This document shows, one piece after another, positions 58,669-64,000 of a DNA stretch of 64,000 nucleotides. The DNA is from Planctomycetota bacterium (GTDB taxonomy: Bacteria; Planctomycetota; B15-G4; SIAN01). The stretch covers positions 32,001 to 96,000 of the forward strand of contig JANNXA010000036.1 in assembly GCA_031409275.1 (NCBI GenBank), given 5' to 3'. Under the pieces are notes generated by a model. That model saw only the letters and a program-made list of their open reading frames with translations, was not told where the DNA came from and made no database searches. The position numbers and the translations under genes are program-made. Numbering within the stretch: position 1 is the first letter of the stretch; each line of letters starts with the position of its first letter.

Positions 58669-59145
58669 ATGGGCAGCAAGAACAAGGAAATGGCGGAGTC
58701 GATCTTCACGCTCGACATGACCCCGATGATCGATTGCACGTTCAACCTGCTGATCTTTTTCCTCTGCAACATCAACTTCAAGCTGCTCGAAGGGAAGATC
58801 CCGGCGTACCTGCCGAAGGACGTCGGCGTGAACAACTCGCCGATCACCAAGGAGCTCGAGAAGATCGAGATCCGGATCACGCGCAGCGCGTCGCCGAACG
58901 TCAAGGACAAGAACTGGTCCTGGCACGAGAACCAGATCTCGATCAACGTGCAGGGCAAGCGGATGGCGGGTCTCCAGGATTTCTACACCACGATCAAGCG
59001 GGTGCATGAAGCCAACAAGGAGGCGAAGGCCACGCTCTATCCGGGCAAGCAGACGCTCTACATCGACAGCGTGAAGGTGATCAACGAGTGCCTGCGGGCG
59101 AACTTCGTGGACATCACGTTCGCCGGCACGCCGATGGACAGCTGA
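58669..59145 (+). CDS. ExbD/TolR-family protein 2
   Basis: LDMTPMIDCTFNLLIFF, EGKIPAYLP, VKVINEC..ITF. Confidence 0.9.
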   Translation: MGSKNKEMAESIFTLDMTPMIDCTFNLLIFFLCNINFKLLEGKIPAYLPKDVGVNNSPITKELEKIEIRITRSASPNVKDKNWSWHENQISINVQGKRMAGLQDFYTTIKRVHEANKEAKATLYPGKQTLYIDSVKVINECLRANFVDITFAGTPMDS

Positions 59146-59446
59146 ACCGACGCCGATGAACCGGCGCTCATGAGTGGAGCTGCGCGACCGCGCGAAGGCT
59201 CTTCGAACCACGGGACGCAGCGAACGAACTGAACTGGATACCGACCGAGGGGCTGGTGCTCGATGCGCCAGCCCCTCGTGTTTTCGCCCGCAGGCGGCGC
59301 GACCCCCGGCGAAACGAACCTCTCGAACGCGGCCCGAGGCTAGGCTCAGCCTCGAGGGCAGACCCCATCGGACGTTGGAGCGAGCGATCAAACGGATCGA
59401 ACTCGTACTGGAGCGGCGCCCCGCCTCGAAGGCGCCGGCCAATGCC

Positions 59447-61462
59447 GTGCGGGAAGGCGTCGAGTCGACCCTTCGTTCATGCGCATCGCTCCTCCTGGTC
59501 GGCACCGTCCTCTTCGGTTGCGACGCGCGCAGCAACGCCGACCGCCCACGCCACCTGCTGCTCGTCTCGATCGACACGATGCGCGCCGATGCCATCGTCC
59601 CGGACTCGCCGTGCCGCGCGAGCACGCCGACGCTCGACGAACTCGCCACCCGCGGTCGGCGCTTCGAGAACGTCTGGTCGCATGTCCCGCTCACGCTGCC
59701 TTCGCACGCAACGCTCTTCACCGGCCGGCTGCCGCAAGAACTCGGGCTTCACGACAACGCCCCGTTCCCGCTCCGCGGCGACGTCGACACGTTGGCGACG
59801 CTGCTCCACGACGCTGGATTCGCGACGGACGCCGTGATCGGCGGACAACCGCTCGGGAACGGCTGCGGTCTGGAACGCGGATTCGAGCAGTACGACGTCC
59901 CAGCGCGTGGCAACGCTGGCGCGACGCTGTTTGTGGAGCGCAATGCGGTGAAAGTCACCGACCGCGCTCTCGCCGCGTGGCAGCGGCCGGCAACGTCCGC
60001 TCGCGGTCGCTTCCTCTTCGTCCACTACTTCGACGCGCACCACCCCTACCTGCCGCCGGCGAACTGCCTGCGCGGCGACCCAGACGACCCCGCCGCCCGC
60101 TACCGCGGCGAGATCACCTTTGTCGACCGTGAATTCTCCCGACTGCTCGCGCGCATCCGCGCCAGTGGCGAGCGCTGCCTCGTGGTCGTCACCTCCGACC
60201 ACGGAGAGGGGTTGGGCGACGGGGGCGAGTCGACCCACGGCTTCCAGCTACTGCCATCGACGCTGCGCGTGCCCCTGATCGTCGCCGAGATCGAGGGGGC
60301 GCGCACGAGCGCCCCGGCGCCGCTCGCCACCGCGCAAGCCACTCGATTGATCGGACTCGTCGATCTGCTCCCGACGATGTTGCGACTGCTTGAAGTCGCC
60401 GCTCCCGCAACCCTCGATGCGATCGCGGGTCGTGCGCTGCAGGAGCCCGAAGTCGAGCCGCGCGCTCAGTACGTCGAGTCGCTCTCCGCGGCGCTCCAGT
60501 TCGGCTGGGCGCAGCAGTCGGGGGTCAGGGGTAGCGGCGCGTTCCTGCTCCATCTCGGCGCCGATCCGCCCCCCACCGTCGGCGACTTGCGCGTGCTTTC
60601 ATTCGACGAGAGCGACGAGCGTTGCCTGGTGGATGCCAGCCGCGGCGATCCGAGCGTGGCCGAGCTCGCGGCGTGGCGCGAGCGCTTCGATGAGACGCGG
60701 ACGCGCAAACTGCCGCGCTCGAGCGAGCGCGCGAGTCAGCGCGCGCTCCAGTCGCTCGGCTACCTCCCCGGTTCGAGCGACCGCAGTCGACACGATCTAC
60801 TGCCGCTGACCGAGAATGCCCTTCGTCCGTCGCCGCTGGCACGCCGCGACGAGATCGAGCAGTTGCTGCATGCTGTCGCGCGACTGGAGGCGGGCGAAGC
60901 ACTCGGAGCCGCTTCGAGCCTCTCGAAGCTCCTCAAAGCCGATCCCGAGCAGCTCGCCGCACGTTTTTTTCGCGCACGTGCGCGCCTCGCGCTCGAAGAG
61001 CTCGATCAAGGTCGGTCCGGCGCCTTCGCACGCGAGGCGGTCGCCGACCTCGCGCGCGTCGTCGCTACCGCACCGGACTATCCAGGCGCGGCTCTCCTTC
61101 ACGCCAAAGCGCTCGCTCTCGCGGGCGACTTCGATGCCGCACGCGCCGCGCTCACCGACCGGTCGGCCGTCGCGGCGGAACTCGATTCGGAGGCCGCCGA
61201 TCGGGAGGAACTCCTTGGAAGCCTGCTGCTCGAGCGAGCACGCGGCGGGCGCGCGAATCCGTGGTTCGATGCCGAGCAGGGGTTCGAACACCTGCTCCGC
61301 GCCATCGAGCTCGATCCCGAGCGCCTGGCGCTCGCGCGAAAGCTCGATTCCCAGCTCGCGGCTTTGGCGCGAACGCCCGACGCTCCGCCATGGGTCGCTG
61401 TCGCGCGTGAACGGTTCCGCCGCCGCCGCGGTCGCCGTTACCGCGCCCGTCCCGCCCGCTAG
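59447..61462 (+). CDS. Sulfatase-like hydrolase with C-terminal TPRs, probable lipoprotein (start uncertain; ORF open from 59174)
   Basis: LFGC lipobox-like; SIDTMRAD, PLTLPSHATLFTG, HYFDAHHPY, TSDHGEG, LQSLGY. Confidence 0.85.
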   Translation: MREGVESTLRSCASLLLVGTVLFGCDARSNADRPRHLLLVSIDTMRADAIVPDSPCRASTPTLDELATRGRRFENVWSHVPLTLPSHATLFTGRLPQELGLHDNAPFPLRGDVDTLATLLHDAGFATDAVIGGQPLGNGCGLERGFEQYDVPARGNAGATLFVERNAVKVTDRALAAWQRPATSARGRFLFVHYFDAHHPYLPPANCLRGDPDDPAARYRGEITFVDREFSRLLARIRASGERCLVVVTSDHGEGLGDGGESTHGFQLLPSTLRVPLIVAEIEGARTSAPAPLATAQATRLIGLVDLLPTMLRLLEVAAPATLDAIAGRALQEPEVEPRAQYVESLSAALQFGWAQQSGVRGSGAFLLHLGADPPPTVGDLRVLSFDESDERCLVDASRGDPSVAELAAWRERFDETRTRKLPRSSERASQRALQSLGYLPGSSDRSRHDLLPLTENALRPSPLARRDEIEQLLHAVARLEAGEALGAASSLSKLLKADPEQLAARFFRARARLALEELDQGRSGAFAREAVADLARVVATAPDYPGAALLHAKALALAGDFDAARAALTDRSAVAAELDSEAADREELLGSLLLERARGGRANPWFDAEQGFEHLLRAIELDPERLALARKLDSQLAALARTPDAPPWVAVARERFRRRRGRRYRARPAR

Positions 61463-61585
61463 TGCATCCCCGTTCCGCTCTCCACGTCCACCGCCGGATG
61501 CACGGCTAGGCAGCATTGCCGCCAGCAGCTTTGGGCGCACTGCTAAACCCGTACACGAGAACGAGTTAGGTCCAGGTTTTTGGCG

Positions 61586-61614
61586 TTGACCACTCACAAG
61601 GGTCGGCCTAACCT
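61586..61614 (+). promoter_or_regulatory. Putative sigma70-type promoter for the second secretin
   Basis: TTGACC (61586-91), 17 nt, TAACCT (61609-14). Confidence 0.5.
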
Positions 61615-61870
61615 ACCGCGCTCTTTCCCGGGCGCCGGCAGGGCGTTTTGCTCGGGACCGCGAGGGACCACCGCGAGGGATTTCAGGGAATTGGCCGACG
61701 GCTGGGAGCGCGCACTGCTTCGCGCGCGCTCACGATTCACACCAGCGTGGCTTGCTCCTTGGGTCTTTCGCCTGCGACCTTCGCGGGCGCTCTTCACGAG
61801 CGCTTCTGCCGCCAGGGAAACCACGAACGCCTCGGACGGGATGGCCTCCGCCAGTCGGGAGACGAACAGA

Positions 61871-64000
61871 ATGTTGAGCTCCGCTCGCACGACGCAGCGC
61901 TTGCTGTACGCAACCCTAGCCGCCACGGCGCTTGGCGCTTGCTCTTCGTCGGATGAGTCCACCGTTTCACCGACGGCTGCGACGTCGAGCACCGCGATGC
62001 CCGACGCCAGCGTCGGCGCGGCGTCGACGGCCGCAGCGCCTCAAGCCGGTGCGCAGTCGCTCGCTCAGCAGAAGCAGCAGTTGATGCTGACTTCGGCGAT
62101 GGACAACGCTCGCGCCCTGCGCGAGAGCGGCGACCTCGCCGGCGCACGCCGTCAACTCGAACAGGCTCTCTCGATCGAGCCGGGCAACGCCGAAGCGACC
62201 GCTCAGTACTTCGAAGTCCTCGAGCTGCTCGGTGAGCGGCCGGGTGACATCGGCACGGCACGCCAGCAAGCCGAGGATCGCTCCGCAGTCTCCAAGCAGC
62301 AGTTGAAGCTCGAGGCGGAGGAGTACCACCGGGTCGGTCAGGATGCTCGCAGCCGGCGCGAGTTCGACAGCGCGATCCGCTGGTTCGAACGCGTCCAGCA
62401 GTCGATCCGCTGGTCGACGCTCGACGTCGAATGGGGCGACCTCGCCACTCGCAACGACGAGGCGCTCGCTGCGGCTCGTCGTGAACGTGACGAGGCGATC
62501 CAGAGCGACCGTGAAACGAAGCTGAAGGAAGCGGTCCAGCAGATCCGCGGCGATGAAGAGGCTGAGCGCGCGCGCCACATGAACCGCGTCGCGGGCCTCC
62601 TCGAGAGCGCGAACTACAAGTTCGAAGCCGCGGACTACGTCGGCGCGATGGAACTGTGCGATCAGGTCCTCACCATCGAGCCGAGCAACACGACGGCTCA
62701 TGAGCTCAAGCGTGAAGCGAACTCCGGCCGACGCTCCAAGCGCAGCGCCGAGTTCGCCAAGCACCGCAGCGAAGCATTCCGCAAGTTCAAGTCGGACATC
62801 GAAGAGCTGCGCATCCCGTTTTCCGACGGGCTGACCGCGGCCGATCCTGACTACTGGGCTCGTGTCACGGCGCGCACGGCCACTGGGGCCGGTGGCGCCG
62901 ACGCCGCCGCGGTCGAAGATCAGCGAATCAAGGAACAGCTCAAGTCGGTGCGAGTGCCGATCGTCGATTTCACCGACGCGGACCTCGACGCCGTCTGCAC
63001 GCAGCTCTCCAACTGGTCGGGTCTCACGATTCGGGCGACCGAGACGGTTCGCTCGGAGGTCGAGTCGAACTCGACCCTGATCCAGCTCACCAACCTCACC
63101 AACCTCTCGCTCGACTCGCTGCTGACCATCGTCACCAAGCGCCTCGGCGAGAAGTTCGCGTGGACGGTGACCAACGGCATCGTCCAGATCACGACGCTCG
63201 AGGACGCGTTCGGCGCGACCAAGATCCGGACCCACGCGATCCAGGACCTCACCTTCGGCCGGACCGACTTCAAGGGGCCGGAGATCAACAAGATCGCGTT
63301 GCCCGGCGAATACGGTGACGACGCCGAGACCTCGGTCTTCGCGGCCGACCTCGACAAGGTCATCCAGATCACGCCAGAAGACATCGTCACGTTGGTGAAG
63401 GAGAACGTGGCGCGCGAGACCTGGGAGCTCGGCGACAAGAAGTTCTCGATCGAACCCGCCGCCAGCAATCAGATCCTCGTGATCCACACCGCCGAGGTGC
63501 AGGACGAGATCGAAGCGTTCCTGAACGACCTGCGTCGCTTCACGACCACCGTCGTCCAGATCGAGAGCCGCTTCGTCGAGGTCACCGACGCCTTCATCCA
63601 GGAAATGGGTGCGGACTTCCGCGGCCTCGGTGGCGTCTTCGGCTCGAGCGTCACCCTCGATGACACGACGTCGGCGGGCGAGGACATCGCCAGCCGCGGC
63701 CTCGACAACCTCGGCACCGGGTCGACCGGCAGCTCGGCGCCCAGCGCCGGCATCTTCTTCAATGACAACTCGGACGGCGACATCCGCGGCCGCACCGAGA
63801 ACTACTTCGACTCGCCGCTCGGCTCGATCCTCTCCACCACCGGTGGCGGCTCGTTCCAGTTCGGCCTGCTCGATGACACGCAGTTCAACCTCGTCGTGAC
63901 CGCCGTCGACAAGTCGGTGAACGCCGTCGAGGTGATGGCCCCCGAACTCACCGTCTTCAACACCGAGCGCGCCTACGTCACGGTGCTGAACGAGGTCTCC
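61871..64000 (+). CDS. Second lipoprotein secretin, 5' part (runs off window; absent from the ORF track)
   Basis: Own translation MLSSARTTQRLLYATLAATALGACSSS; same frame later gives ILVIHTAEVQDEIEAFLNDLRR, VQIESRFVEV, APELTVFNTERAYVTVLNEVS. Confidence 0.85.
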   Translation, partial: MLSSARTTQRLLYATLAATALGACSSSDESTVSPTAATSSTAMPDASVGAASTAAAPQAGAQSLAQQKQQLMLTSAMDNARALRESGDLAGARRQLEQALSIEPGNAEATAQYFEVLELLGERPGDIGTARQQAEDRSAVSKQQLKLEAEEYHRVGQDARSRREFDSAIRWFERVQQSIRWSTLDVEWGDLATRNDEALAAARRERDEAIQSDRETKLKEAVQQIRGDEEAERARHMNRVAGLLESANYKFEAADYVGAMELCDQVLTIEPSNTTAHELKREANSGRRSKRSAEFAKHRSEAFRKFKSDIEELRIPFSDGLTAADPDYWARVTARTATGAGGADAAAVEDQRIKEQLKSVRVPIVDFTDADLDAVCTQLSNWSGLTIRATETVRSEVESNSTLIQLTNLTNLSLDSLLTIVTKRLGEKFAWTVTNGIVQITTLEDAFGATKIRTHAIQDLTFGRTDFKGPEINKIALPGEYGDDAETSVFAADLDKVIQITPEDIVTLVKENVARETWELGDKKFSIEPAASNQILVIHTAEVQDEIEAFLNDLRRFTTTVVQIESRFVEVTDAFIQEMGADFRGLGGVFGSSVTLDDTTSAGEDIASRGLDNLGTGSTGSSAPSAGIFFNDNSDGDIRGRTENYFDSPLGSILSTTGGGSFQFGLLDDTQFNLVVTAVDKSVNAVEVMAPELTVFNTERAYVTVLNEVS

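Noticed and set aside
57388..59145. Calling the motor genes tolQR or motAB
   Set aside because: No tolA/tolB/pal nearby and no OmpA-like peptidoglycan-binding domain in either ExbD-like protein, so only family-level names are given.
61967..63487. 506-aa minus-strand ORF in the track
   Set aside because: Antisense shadow of the real plus-strand secretin that starts at 61871.

Overview
High-GC bacterial chromosomal segment, most likely Planctomycetota (inferred from the EF-Tu switch-I variant [16 protein letters not shown] and the gene order). 1-20.5 kb (minus strand) is the core translation/transcription cluster: tRNA-Thr/Tyr/Gly, tuf, rpmG, secE, nusG, rplK-A-J-L, rpoB, rpoC, rpsL, rpsG, a divergent fusA, then the S10 operon as far as a partial rplV. 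20.7-46.8 kb holds housekeeping and envelope genes: receiver protein, Smr-less MutS2, cystathionine gamma-lyase/synthase, HU/IHF, LPS-kinase-like, dtd, trpS, an MCE/Mla operon led by an aromatic-Pro repeat lipoprotein, lpxK with glycosyltransferases, orphan parA, tRNA-Cys, trxB, pepA, cysteine desulfurase and UDG. 46.9-64 kb (plus strand) is the best candidate for an undescribed system: a degenerate PilM-PilN fusion, two bitopic proteins, a lipoprotein secretin, two exported TPR proteins, ExbB plus two ExbD, a Thr-type sulfatase-like protein and a second paralogous secretin that runs off the window. No secretion ATPase, PilC/GspF, pilin or TonB gene is visible in the window. No CRISPR array, rRNA or intact mobile element was seen. 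All calls come from reading motifs by eye; no database search was run.
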